From Nymphaea colorata (taxonomy: Eukaryota), in contig NC_045138.2 in the NCBI RefSeq assembly GCF_008831285.2, positions 32,798,001 through 32,862,000 of the forward strand: a DNA stretch of 64,000 nucleotides, read 5' to 3'. Made by a program: the position numbers and the translations under genes. This document shows positions 28,633 through 42,700 of this stretch, one piece after another. The notes beneath the pieces were generated by a model. It ran no database searches. It saw only the letters and a program-made list of their open reading frames with translations, and was not told the origin of the DNA. The stretch's first letter is position 1. Each line of letters starts with the position of its first letter.

Positions 28633-28978
28633 TTAGACCTGGGCAACGGGCCGGGCCGGGCAGGCCCGATAGCCCGAGTCGGGCTTGCTGCCGACCTGGT
28701 TCGGTAGCTCGGGTCCCGGCTTGCGCTCGATCTGGCTCAGCTTGTTTGGTAATAAAAAAATATTTTTAATTATAAAATAATTTTTAATAATATAAAATAT
28801 ATTTTTAATAATAAAATACATATTATTAAATTTTAAAAATTTATTTTTTAAATTATAAAAGGACCGGATCGAGCCGAACCGACCCGGCCCTCACATCAGG
28901 CCCAGGCCCGGCCCTCCGGACTGTTTTCTTGGCTCAAACCCGAACCCGACCAGATACCCGGCCCGTTACCAAGTCTAA
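28633..28978. mobile_element. MITE with ~22-bp imperfect TIRs
   Basis: TTAGACCTGGGCAACGGGCCGGG ... CCCGGCCCGTTACCAAGTCTAA; GGCCC/CCCG subterminal repeats; AT core similar to 26905-27010. No TSD seen. Confidence 0.7.
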
Positions 28979-29185
28979 TTAGGACCTCTCATCTAGTTTT
29001 TATATATTATATAAAGAAAAAAAAAAAGAGAAAGAAGCGTACGTCCTAAACAAAAAAATAGAGAAAAGCTGAAATTTTGAACTTAACCGATCAGAGCCTC
29101 CAAATGCACTGCATAGGTAATTATACTGACAGTGTATGTTGTGAGATATCATAGGATTTTTCCATCCAAATTGGGAGAAATCCAC

Positions 29186-29189
<4 letters not shown>

Positions 29190-29247
<58 letters not shown>
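29190..29247. repeat. (TA)n microsatellite
   Basis: Longest TA run; others at ~2382-2415, 4788-4820, 26540-26569, 28018-28051. Confidence 0.95.
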
Positions 29248-29250
<3 letters not shown>

Positions 29251-32200
29251 TAATCAATGTTATCACCAACAGGGCATTTAGATGACACCTCAGTACCAAA
29301 AGTAAAAAATGGTTTTGCTTTTCATTACATCATTTCACTTATGTTTCATTGATACAAAATATAAGATTTATCAATCATTTTTAGCAAAACTATGTTTTTA
29401 AAACAGAGGGAATAACCTGGCGCCCTTATATTATTCTTTAAAAATGCATGTTTTTGGTCTTATTACATAAACACGCAAACCGATTTTTAATTCAAAATCT
29501 AATTTTTGAAAAACTAGGTTCCAGAAAACTATATTTTTTATTCTGTCAACCAAACTACCTATGCTACAAAAAATATTTGTTTGGTAAATCTCTTGCTATA
29601 AAAATATTTATTTGGCATATGTATGGGAAAGAGAGAGAGGGAGAGAGAGAGAGAGGGATGGGAATTGTGTATGTGGCAGAGAGGCTGACAGATGCTTAAA
29701 TTATTTGCGGATGCAATTGAACACGATGAAATGATTTGCTGCCAAAGGCAGGCTTGGGCCAGCTTGGATGGTGAAAGGAGAGAGTGGGCAAAGTTACAGC
29801 TCCAACGCCTCGACACCGTCCCCTTTAATGGAGGGCAACAAATTTTCTTCAGACCTAGCTGTTGGCCTTTATGCAAAGTGCAGATGATGACGATTCTGAA
29901 TATCCCCTTCCAGGAGCAATATCGGCCTCGTAATTCATTCTGCCGAACTTGATGCAACGTCATGCCATCGTAAGAAACAGATTATAGAAGCACGGGGAAG
30001 CAAATTTGAAAAAAGGCAAAACAAATATTAGCTAACCACAGGGATGCATATCTCATATCTGGCGCGAAGAACTCATCATTGAGAAATCACCGATCTTAAT
30101 AGTGTGGAGACGATGAAGCCAACCTTCATAGTTTGAATGGTTGTTCAAATAAACACACATGGCCTGGGACAGATCTAACCTGCAGGACGCCGGAAACCTT
30201 CAGACGGTTAAAATATTCAATGCCCATAAAATCATATTCAAATAAACACACACGGGACAAGACGCCGGATGCCTTCGGATGGTCAAAATATTCAGAATCT
30301 GTTATTCAAAACACCATAAACCATTATTCAAAGCATTGTAAACTGTTGATACACTATAAACTATCCCGAACAGTTGCAGTTTTTTAGCAACCAAATTTTT
30401 GTTTTTAGTCTAATCTTGACCCAAACTTAAACTTCATCTCGATCTTGAGAAAAGTATCGGCTCAAGCAGGATCCGACCCTTATTCCGCCGGCTTTCCTCT
30501 CGTCTACGAGGCCGCCGGCGAGACGGCGCCGGCAGAGCGGCAGCCCAACAGAATCCGCCACGCAGCGTCGGGCGTGGATATCGTGTTGCACGGAGGGAAG
30601 CCTTTTTTTTTCATGAGTAGAAACACGTTAGCAGAAGCACGTGATCGGGAACTTCGAAACGTGTGGGAAAGGAGACATATGTACGAAGGTCCATTACTGT
30701 GGGTCCCACTTACTTATTTACCCTTTTCCATCTTTTTTTTTTTTTTTTTTAGCAGCCAGTTAACGAACGGGCATACTCCTGCCTGATTATGCTGTTATGG
30801 GCATTGACATCTTTGCCTCGTTTTTACGTTTAGTGCTTCCCGGTGCGACCGAACAGTATCGCCAGGAACTTTGCCCATTTCTCTCATGATCAATGGAAGC
30901 TCAATAATGGCAATGCTGTTCATTGGTAGGGGGCTTCATGAAAGGAAGAACCAAGTTGACGGAACACTATTTTGAGGGACCGCGCCATTCCCAATAATTT
31001 CGTTGGGACCTCAAGGGAACCACAAACCTGCTCTGTGCAGTCAATGATTTGAGGATTTGTCCCTTGGTCCATCTCATAAAAGATGACCCAACTAACACCA
31101 TTATTCAACTCAACAATATAAGATGGACAGTCCATTATTCAACTTGACAGGATAAGATGGACAATTGGCCAGATACCCACTTGTTCCGGACAAAATATTT
31201 GACCAAACTTGAAAGAGTAATTGGGTTTGCTCAACCTTCAAGTACTGTTTTATCACCATACATTTTCATTTTGTTTTGTCATTTGTAAATCAATTAGGAA
31301 AACAATGTTTTCGATTTTTGTTGTCTTTTTTTTTTTTTTTCCATACACCATATCCTTGCTATTTATATTTTTTTTTCCACATTATGCTAAATGAAGCCAA
31401 AATAAAAAAAAGAAAGATATACTCTGAATTGAATCCGCCCAGTTCAAAAAGTAGCTACTAAACGTCCAACCCCACAAAATTATTATCGGGTCGACTGCTT
31501 GGACGGTTTTTTAACATCACCAGATTGCGGCCGCCAATGGGACTGGGCCAGCCTGGCCCGACGTCTATGAATATTGAATGACAATTGACCTGGGCAAACC
31601 TTCCAAAGCGAGGAGTAAAGGTTTCCACGGGCAGTGTAAAACGTACCTGAGATAACTCATACAAGGCCACACGTATCCGGATCCCAGTCCAGACGGCTGA
31701 AGTTCAGTGAGACCTCGCAAACTGTTACCTTCCTATGCATGAAGTGCATGCGAATAGCGAAAAGTTTCTAGTCTGACTAGGTGTACTAGCTTAAGGCCTT
31801 CAAGACGAAGGAGTCAATTAATTCAGTGAATCAGTATCCATCGGGGCACACAGAAACACCTCGCACTTTCTCTCTCTCTCTCTCTCTATCCCTCGTTCTG
31901 GGACGCAGACGCCATCTGCATAATAGTAGGCACTGAAAAACAATGCAAGTTAAAACATGGCTTTCCAAACTGGAAACCAAGATAAGCAACAACGTATATG
32001 GACTACTCTATACCTTTCTCACCAAAGGCCTAGATACAAATTTTGATCAATCCCACATCTCAAATCAACTAGAGTTTTAGAGACATCTATTTACACTGAA
32101 AAAATGACATTTTATTCAAATTGAGAAACCAGCCAGAAAGTAGAGACAGAGCCAACTGAGGGAAGGTAAAATAGATCCCCAATGAATGAAGAGGAATCAG

Positions 32201-32611
32201 TACCCACATGCAAATTTCATAAAAAGAAAGCACTCAAGATTACAGATAGAGGATGGAGAAAGTGGGAGCCGTGTGGTGGTGCAGCTGATGGCAGGCGACC
32301 ATCACCGTGTGCTACAACTCAACATGAAATTCTATTGCCAAATAGGCCAGCAGAGGGCCCTCCGAATTAAACTGTCAGTATATCATTGAATTCCCATGTA
32401 TCATCACATACAGATGATATCATGCAATTCAGAGGCACAACTAGTGTGTGTTGCGCTAATCCTTCAAGATCAGGGTGACTAACTTAGAACTGCTTCACAG
32501 AAAGATTCTGCAGGAAATTGTGTTTTCTTGAATACATGTGAACCGTCAGGTCTTGAGTTTGCAGTCCCAGATACCGAAGCTTGTCCCACAGATAACCAAA
32601 TAACTTGAATG

Positions 32612-35600
32612 TCATTTTGGAGAAAACAAAGTGGCCAAACCCTTGTCCACGGTCATATATATGGGAGGGCCATAAGCCATAAGGTCTTGTTGCTGCCCAA
32701 ATTTATACGTTCCTTGACCTCTGGCCAGGACTTCACCATCGCAATCAATTATACCCCCCTTGTCTGTTTCATTTGCTCGCTGTCCTGGCTCCAGATAGAA
32801 AGCCTTTACCTACACACAGCACGAGGGATTTGTCAAGATGCCTGAGACAAAAGGATGATCATAAAAGGAAACGGGAAAAGTCAGGCATAAAAGGGAAAAC
32901 TCAAGTGCTCTAATTGTTACATCTTCGGTTCAAACTTTTATTTAGTCAAAGTACAGATAACCCCTGTCCATTGGAACCCGAAGTAGTGAAAGTCCTTTTT
33001 TTGGCAACGATGTGATCTAGTTTTCTGTATCTCTCATTCATTCCCCATGCTATCCTACAAAAAGGGGATTCAATGGCATCGTGAAATATCAAACCTCTGC
33101 TGCCACATCGGTTGCAAGTCTGGCCATCGTAGATAAAGATTCTCGTTTTTTGTACATCTAACACTGCTCAACAATTATTAGCATGATTTCTTTATTTGAT
33201 GATGTCCATGAACGGGCATCAATTATGACAAACTGTAACGCAGGGATTGACCATTGAACATAAGCCAATAGACGGAAGAAAGCCAGTAGGTACATGCACC
33301 ATAAAGAAATGTTTACCTTTAGATATAGGACATGTGGAGACTTAACATGGCCTCCATCACTTAGCTTTGCCATTGTTTCTATCAATGCCAATTTTGGGGA
33401 GTCCCTAACCAAGATCAGGTCCAGGTAGCCATCTGAGAACTGCATAACCAATGAAAGCAGCATTAAAAACATTGAGTACAAGGCAACAAGGTGAGCAATA
33501 AAACGTTGCACTCAGCTCCAGTGCTTACTTTAAAATCTAAACAATAGTCAATTATATGATCGCTGTGGAAATAATTTTCTAACATTAACCTTAATAATTC
33601 CAAGCAACGACAAATAGGTACAAGGTGCATAGATCAAGAGATGGAATTTCTAAAATGGTGAACAAGATATAGAAATACAAATGCACCATGCTTACCCTAT
33701 ATACACAACTATACCTATATGCATCTGTACAGAGTTACATATTTTGGAGAAAAAATGTTTAATTTGAACAAATACTAGATGAGTACATGTGTGTGGAGTG
33801 TGCACATACAAAAGGCAAGTGAATAAAAACATCCTTTTATGAAACTTTTAAAATTAGGTGAAAGTTTCTTCTATTTCAGGTAATAAGTAAGCGGTTCAGA
33901 ACTAGAATGGAGATCAACTGAAGCCAACCTAACCTATACCTGTGAACTACCAATACCAATGTCATTATAGGTCACTACCAATACCAATGTCATTATAGGT
34001 CACTACCAATACCAATGTCATTATAGGTTGGCAGGGGCATGCTGCCCTTATGAAAAATAACCATGTTTAGCAGATTCCAAGTTTGCTTGTCTCTAATGAA
34101 CAAAACATAAATTTTGGATGCTTTATAATAATAGCAGAAAAAAGGAGGAAAAGAATAACCTTGGCATCAGGTGCTGGCATAACAGTTTCGCTTCCCCAAG
34201 GGACATTGTGTAGCCAAACAGAAATGAATGGCCCATCATAAGTTCTCCATTCCTGAGGTTCAAAAGAACACATAGGCCCCAAGTAGGCGCACTGTTTTTC
34301 ACTTTTGGACAAACTATTAAGGCGACTAAGAGATTCTTCTTGCTCACTGACAGGATTACCGTAAACTTCATATCCAGGTGCTGGAACAAAAGATACACGT
34401 CCATTGTAGTGTCGCAAGTCAATCATTCTTACGATGCTCTGCAAGCAACATGAACAAGCTTACTAATCAAATTGCCGTTTGGTCAGCAAACATCAGTGCC
34501 AATGGATATGGTTCAATATGTTCGCATTTATAGTCAACCTGGAGCTGGGCTCCAGATTTCCTTGACTGATTCAGCATCTAGAGACAATTGCAAGCTGAAG
34601 GCAATTTCAAAGATAGGCCGAATATCAAACCAATATGGATTTGTTCTAAAAATAGAAAAGGTGACAAGGGAAGAGGTAAATCTCCAGTAAAGGGAAATAA
34701 AGCATTAAGCACACACACACAAAGAACAATTCAAGTAGCATATGATATTTGGGAAGGACTCAGGAATAATCACTTGCTGAACAATTTTTGAGAGAGTAAT
34801 GGACATATACACTTGATTCTGAATACTACTTTGTCGATTTATAGCTATTTTTTATGCCAAAAAGTAGGCCAAGCAGTAGGTCAGTATATGCCGTGGCTGG
34901 CTGCTTGGGGCAGTTTTGGATGTCAATATATGTACATGGTATCGACATATGTACTTGTATATATCTTAACGTAATACTTATTACTTTTTTATGCAAAAAT
35001 ATGTTTTTTAATCTCTTTATATAATAACGACAATTCTAGAAGGGCATTACTGTAATTAATGTTATAGCCATCGGAAGCATCAAATGGTTAGACCCATTTA
35101 AAATGGACGTGTCATTTCTGTGCTAAAACTCGGATCCAATGTGGTGCGAGATGCGGTCACCGCGGCTTGGGTGAAGTCAGCCGCACCTGGCTCCACGATC
35201 ATTTTAGTTTAATAAAAGAAGAAAAAAAAAAAACTACACGGAAATGGGGATAAGGGTTTGATCGAACCCATTTCGTCCATTTCAGTCGAACCTATTCCCG
35301 TTGAGTACCAACCCTCAAGCGCCTTCCTCCAGCAGCAACTCCAATGACCGGTAACATCCAGACGTTCTCTCTAGCAAGCTTTGCTCCAATGCTCTCTCTC
35401 TCTCTCTATCTGCCCTCAAGTAATATGAACGTCTAGAGTCCTAGACTATTACTGAAAACGTTCGTTTACAAAAAATGTATATGACTAAAAAAGTCGAAAC
35501 GGAAGAAAATATAGACTATGGACAATAAGGCTAGGAAATAGCTATACATGCATTCTTAGTACACATGCACCCAAATTTTTTTAAACATCACCACACAGAC

Positions 35601-38600
35601 CAGTCCTTGTTTTGTAAATAAGAGGACCTCTCCTCTTGTATTAATTATGCATCTTCCTATAGATTCTACAATACAACAAAAAGTCTTGTTACTTTCTAAG
35701 ATATATTCCTTAAACCTTTCATGGTTATCTGTGTGACATTTTAAGTGAGAGATTATTTTGTGACAGCATTGTTGAAGCTGTCTAACTTGTAATTAGGCGA
35801 AGCTTCAAATTTTCGTGTTATCTAAGCTATGGCTGATTTAAGAAGATCCTTGCTGCTGCTTCCAGATCTGTGCTAGAAAAGGTCACATGAATGCGGATAC
35901 GGGCATGGGTGCAGCTGAGGTATAGAGTTGGACATGGCAATATTAAAAAAATATGGGTATGGAGGTGCGGCAGGTTGTGTGTGTGTGGGTCTGTGGTTTG
36001 TGAAGGAAAGCATATATATGAAATATAAAGGCATCTATTTTTCCCATCCTCTCAACATTGAAAATCTGAGTTGAATGCATCGCAGATTAGCTGGATGTGC
36101 TTTCTCTCACGAGCTGGTGACCCTCTTCCTTAATCTCTCTCTCTCTCTCGACCTTCCTCCTAATCTCTCTCTCCCTGAACGGGAACTGACAGAAGGGCAG
36201 TCATTTTCCTTTTCTGAGTTTTAACCGTTAATGTTTTGGATCGGGTTTGGTCCAAACCCGATCCAAAATGTACCGACATGGTCAGCTGCATCCGTGTCAG
36301 GAAAATGGGTTACCAGCATGGGAATGCTTGGCATCCCACTTACTCATGTGACTTAGGTATTACACGTTATACTCATTCTTCATGAGGTCTACCTTCATAC
36401 ACTTGATTTCTCTTTAATTCTTCCATAAATACAAATAATGTGATTGCCCCCTCAAAATGAACTCATCAAACTATATAACGTAGACTTCAATTATCATTTG
36501 GGTAGAGACTATGAACCTAAAACTAAAAGCGCTAGAAGAAAAACTCATATTGGGAATTTTTTGATTTTGCCTCAAGGAAGAATTTCATATAATATAGACG
36601 AATATACAAACTCAAACTAAAGTGTGATGGCTCTTTAGAAAAATATCAGACCCTACTGATTGCCAGGGGGTATAGTTAGCAATATAGACTACGCTATGAG
36701 GAAACTTTTGAATACACCAGTTTAACCTTTTACAGCCGAAACTTCTATAAAGGGTTGAGATATGTGCCAAGTAGATCTAAAAGAATTCTTTTTAAATGAC
36801 AAATTGAATGAAGAAGTTTACATGGATCCCCATCCTCAGAAGAGGCTTTCTAATGGTAAGACTCTTGGCTTGAGGAAAGCCCTATGAGATAAAAAAAAGA
36901 TCTTAAATCTTAGTTTGATATATTTAACTTATTTAAGTCTCTAAACTTCAAATTTTGTTAGTCTGGTACAGCTATCTTTACCTAAATGACTACTGCAGGT
37001 ATGTTATTCTACTCCTATATCTTGATAATATAATTCTTACAAGTAGTGACAAGATTGCCATTGTACGTATCAGGAGAGATCTGAAGGACGAATTTCCAAA
37101 TGTCTGATCTTCAATTTCTAAGATATATTCTAGGAATAGAAGTAGCATGTTCTTCTCAAGAATATTTATTATTTTCTATGGATTGATATGCATATATGTA
37201 ACCAGCCAAACAAATTGCTTTTTGACAAAGATGTTTGAAGTTTGAACTTTTTAATAACTTCCCCAGTAGACATGCTCACCAGGGTCATAACCTGATTGAA
37301 CTTACAACCTGTTGAATGTAAAATGTAACAAGTGGTCCACTACAAAGTAGAAAAGAGGTCCTAAAGAAGTTCCATGTATTCTTTCTATCTACTACATTAG
37401 ATTAGCTTCAAACCTTTTATGGAAATTTTCATATGCTGTGCAAGCAATTTGCGTTCTAAATAGAGCTTATAAAGAGCATATGACCAAACAGCCCAAGAAG
37501 CATTTACAGCCACGTGATGAAATAAAAAACAAGGAAGGAACTAAGATCCAGTTACAAATTTCCAAATATACTATCCAAGTTCGATGTGCAAAAATGAGAG
37601 ATCAGAGAAGCATACTTATCAAGCTATTCACTCATAATTTTTCGAAGTTCAGTTCCTAAGGAAAGTAGTAGTACTAGACTTACATAAAAGTCAATTCGAG
37701 CACCGCCCATCCATCTATACTTCTCAGACTCAATGTCAATGTCCGCCACGATACCTGCATGAGCCATGAGCCTACTTACCACTGAATTTAACGGGTACTA
37801 GTTGCACACAATTATGAAGTTGCTGTGCATGCAAATGAAATAGGCGATTGTCACAATTATCAGATTTTTTTTCAAAATATTGCAGTTAAAATGGAAAATA
37901 AACAAAATTGAAAATCATGAGAAAAAGCAGAATATTCAGAAAGAATCAGCTGAAAGAAATTATCATATTGTCACGATTTTTTCAAAAAGAATATTTTTAA
38001 AAAAATTTAAGCTTTGTTTGTTTTAATATTTTAATAATTGTTTTGGATTTTTTAGATCAATGTTTTTGTAAGAAAATTAGTGAACACCTTTAAGCCTTGA
38101 GATTTTCACGAGAAAACTAACTTTTCGCTTAATACCTGAGGAAAAACTTGACCTGTAAGAACTAAAGAATGATATTTGTCACAATGGAAGAAAGAATACA
38201 TCTGAATCCCTATAATGACAAAATTCTGTATGCATACCCCATGACAGCATCAAGACGCTGAAGAACCTTGTCTCCTCTTGCAAGACAGTAGCAACATCAA
38301 GTGCACGCTTATGGCCTGAATCACAGACATAAGCGAAAACAACTATGTCATGCCTCATCGTTTATTCTTTACACGAGCCATGTGAGGAACTCCAATCAGC
38401 AATGAAGGAGTTGAAACCTATCATAGTTAAGTACTAAAAGGATAGAAACAAGAATGAATATGGAGAATTGCATATTTTTATATTTTCTAGAGATTCCGCA
38501 AGAACAAATGAGAAGAACGCATAATGACCTCGAATAACTGCAAAAGTAGCATTTGATGCTACACAAGCTTCCTCCACTGAATCTAATAGAGATTTTGCCA

Positions 38601-39660
38601 TGCCATTTCCTGAACCTGGATAGCAAATTAAAATAAGGTAACATAGATAGTAGAAGAAACTTAACTACTTTAACTTTCAAAAACACTTGAAATCAATGTA
38701 AAACTGCCACTCGTAGAAACTGTCAGGAAGTTTTTAAGCTTTTCTAAAATTTTGTTTTCTTCGGGAAATCTAGGAAATTCAAATAGTTTAAAAATATCAA
38801 GAAGATAAAAGCTCGTAGAAACTGTCAGGAAGTTTTTAAGCTTTTCTAAAATTTTGTTTTCTTCGGGAAATCTAGGAAATTCAAATAGTTTAAAAATATC
38901 AAGAAGATAAAAGAAAACAATTACAAAAGAATGAGTTTCAACTATTTTTCTTACAAAAAACTTTGACATGTTCAACAAAGAGCTTTTCGTTATGAAAGAA
39001 AGTAAATGTATATGTGTACTATATATGTTTTTCCTAGAAAAGGACTTGTAATATTACCATGATATTTTTCTGACAATGTTTTTGAAAATATCAAAATATT
39101 CTGCTGATGTATCAAATAGCTTCAAAATGCTAAAAATATCATGATATTTCCAAAGGCTAATGATAGTTGTGACTATGCTAGCAATATAATGCACAACCTT
39201 TGAAAATTACCACATATACATGCCTGGATTACTCCGTGCCAAAATTTCCCACAAACTGTTCATTTACAAGTAAAATAATATTTTCACACTTAATCACATA
39301 AACACCTATGTCTCATACCTGTGTCCCAACATGAAATACTAATCTTCAATAACTAAGTTTCTTAGTGCCAAAGCCACAAATAAAATTCTTCTATCTTATC
39401 AAAGAGGTCTTTCTCGGGTACTTTCCTCAAGGTTGTTTCCCTTGTAAAGAGCTCAGGAGTTTCAAAAAAGTGAAAAAGAAGAATCTAAAACTTCAATAAA
39501 AAAATAAAACAATTGAAAAGCTTAAGTAACATGGACTTTTCAAGGATGCAGGTGCAGGTGTGGCTCGGGTGCGGCAACAAACAATCTACTATTCTTTTTT
39601 TCAAATCATTCATGGATACATAGCTCATCCAGCATGCAGCAGTATTGAATAAATAAATAA

Positions 39661-39716
<56 letters not shown>

Positions 39717-42700
39717 AGTATTCACACCCCACACCAGTGTGATATAGTGAAAAATTGAACATAAGAATTAAAAGATAAACTAGTAAATGAGTAAGAATTT
39801 GTTAACTAAACAAGTAGCCTGCAAGTTGTGCAACAACTAACAAACAAGTAACAAGCGATTAATAACAACTAGCAACTAAACAACGATACACACCACACAT
39901 CCACAAGTCAGGCATACAACTCAGACTCATGATGCCTCACCAAGTTATCAACAAAACACAAAAGTCAAAGATTAGTAAGTGCCTAAACAAGTTTCAAAGT
40001 AAAAGTTCAAGTTTCTGATGACAAAAGTTTCAACAGTGCCCTTTCTTTACATTTCTTTGCCCTTGTTAACATATCATGTATAGGGAACCGGGTCTGGATC
40101 CAGACCCGGTCCCATGGGCATGGGTACCGAGAGTGGCTCGGTACCCTAGGCGTTTTTCCCTCTTATTTAATCCCACTTATGGTGTAATTGTTGATTAAGT
40201 GGAATAACATTTTCTCTCTCCTAGGGTTGCGGTTGTGCACCTAGGTTAGAGCTTCTCAGTGGTTTTTCACCTCTCTTTGAGGTTTTCCACGTATATTGTG
40301 TGTTCCTTCTCTTTCTCTCCATCTTGGTGTGTGTTTCTACATGGTATCAGAGCCAACGCGTGAGAGATCGTTGGTGTGATAGTCGTGTTTCCGCCGTTTT
40401 TTGCCGCTGCTGTTTGTCGTCGCCGTCCAGCGCTGCCAGCTGCGCCGCCACCGTCCAGCTGCACCGCCATCGTCCAGCGCGGTTGTTCTCTGCTGCGTTG
40501 CCGCTGTCCAGCGCCGCCGTCGCCCACTTCAGCGCCGCCGCCGTCCCGCGCCACCGCTGCCCACCGCCGTCGCTCTCTCCCGCACCGCCGCCGTCCAGCG
40601 CCGCTGCCTCTTGTTTGTCGTCTCTGGTGCTGGGTATTCTTTCTCCTTGGTGATTGTGATGGCCGAGGAGATGTCCCTCAAGATCGATGATGCCCTAGAC
40701 TCGGGCAGCAATACCAAGAGCGAGATCTTGCCTGTTCAAGTCACCTCCATCCGGCTGAACAAGGATAACTATCTCTCTTGGTCGGCTGCCCTAGAAATTG
40801 GGATAACCAGTCGTGGTCGCCTGCCCTACATCACTGGGGAGAAGCCTGCACCTTCAAAAACCGATCCGCGATGGGCTACTTGGACGTTGGAAGATAGTCA
40901 GGTTAAAGTATGGATTATTAGTTCTGTTTCTGCAGATATTCAGCCTTTGATCTTGCGTAAATCGACTGCCTACGACATGTGGACTGTGCTTGCACGGATG
41001 TATGGCCGTAAGAAGAGAGTATTGCGTACGTACCAAATCAAACGTAGCATATACTCTCTTAAACAGGGTGACTTGTCTGTAGCCGCTTTCTTTGCAGCCC
41101 TAAAGACTAAGTGGGAGGAACTTGACTACCATGTGAATGATGACTGGCACTGTGGGTCTGATCATGCCTTGTACTGGGACAAAGAGTGGATGGATCGGAC
41201 GTTTCTTTTCCTCGGAGGGTTACGCGATGAATTTGAATCCATTAGGAGCCAAATTCTCAATTGTGACGAGGTCCCCGGAATTGAAGAGGTGTATGCCCGT
41301 GTGGAATCTGAGGAACAGCGTCGACAGGTGATGCATATTGACACCAGTCAGGGGAGTTCTCCTTCAGCCTTTGTTAGTCGTGCTTCTGGGATTGGACAGC
41401 GTCCTGTTCGGCGGTGTAGCCATTGCAACAAATCAGGACATTCTGTTGATTTTTGTTGGGATCTTCATCCTGAGAGGCGGCTTGTCCGGGGTCGTCCTCC
41501 TTCTAGCCGCCGGAGTCCTTCTGTGCTTGAGCCTAGTCAGAGTAGTCCTTCAAATGTTGCCAAATCTAAGCTTTCCTCCGATCAAATCAAAGAACTGCAA
41601 GCGTATATCAGCCGGCTGTCTACTACTCAGGAGGATACTTCCACGTCTGAGGGGGCTAAGTTAGCCCAAGCTCTCGTGGCCACTAGTGACCAAGGTAATT
41701 CCTCACATGGTGATTGGATTGTTGACAGTGGTGCTACGCATCATATGACAGGGGACCCTAAGATGTTCCAAGAATACAAATTGTCTTCGGGACAGCAACG
41801 TGTATCTATGGCTGATGGTTCTTCTATCTCTGTGGCTGGAAAAGGGAGTTTGTCCTTGTTAAATAAATACTGTCTTCATAATGCTCTTCATGTTCCCAAT
41901 ATTCCTGTGAATTTGTTATCTGTCAGCAGTATTACTAAAGAGCTCAACTGTAATCTGATCTTTTCTGCTGATCGGTGTTTTCTGCAGGACTTGGTGACGG
42001 GGCAAAAGATTGGGATTGGTTCGGCTATTGATGGACTCTACAGACTGCCTGTGCAGGTTGCGTCCGCTCTTATTTCAGCCACTAGTGGACAGTTGTCAGG
42101 CATGGAAGACAGATCTACTATTATGCGATGGCACGAGCGGCTTGGTCATCTTCCGTTTCCATTGATTAAGAAGTTGTTTCCTAGTTTGTTTCATTCTGTT
42201 TCCATGGACTCCTTCACCTGTGAAGTGTGTCAGTTAGCTAAACATGTTAGGGCCTCGTACCCTATTTCATTCAATAAAACCACTCGTCCATTTGCTTTGG
42301 TTCATTCTGATGTTTGGGGTCCTTCGGGAGTACCCACTTGTCGTGGTTTTCATTACTTTATGACCCTTATTGATGATTACTCCCGTTGTACGTTCGTGTA
42401 TCTGTTGAAAGAACGTAGTGAAGTTCCTGTTATTGTCAAAAATTTTGTGGCCTTTGTTGAGACTCAGTTTCAGACGTCTGTCCAAGCTTTTCGCACCGAT
42501 AATGCTAGAGAGTATGTCTCTCAATCCCTAGATGATTTCTTGAAGAGCAAGGGTATTGTCCATGAAACGTCATGTAGTTACACACCTCCCCAAAATGGCG
42601 TGGCTGAACGAAAGAATCGCCATTTGCTTGATGTTACCCGGGCTCTTCTGTTCCATCGACAGGTTCCCAAGCGCTACTGGGGTGATGCGCTTCTCACTAG

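Noticed and set aside
29880..29905. ATGATGA...CTGA C/D-box-like pair
   Set aside because: Boxes only ~5 nt apart; too short for a snoRNA.
30920..31135. 71-aa minus-strand ORF and other short intergenic/intronic ORFs in the track
   Set aside because: No domain similarity or splice support; expected by chance.
33946..34028. Repeats of CRISPR-like length (also 8475-8549)
   Set aside because: Head-to-tail with no spacers, eukaryotic context, no cas genes.
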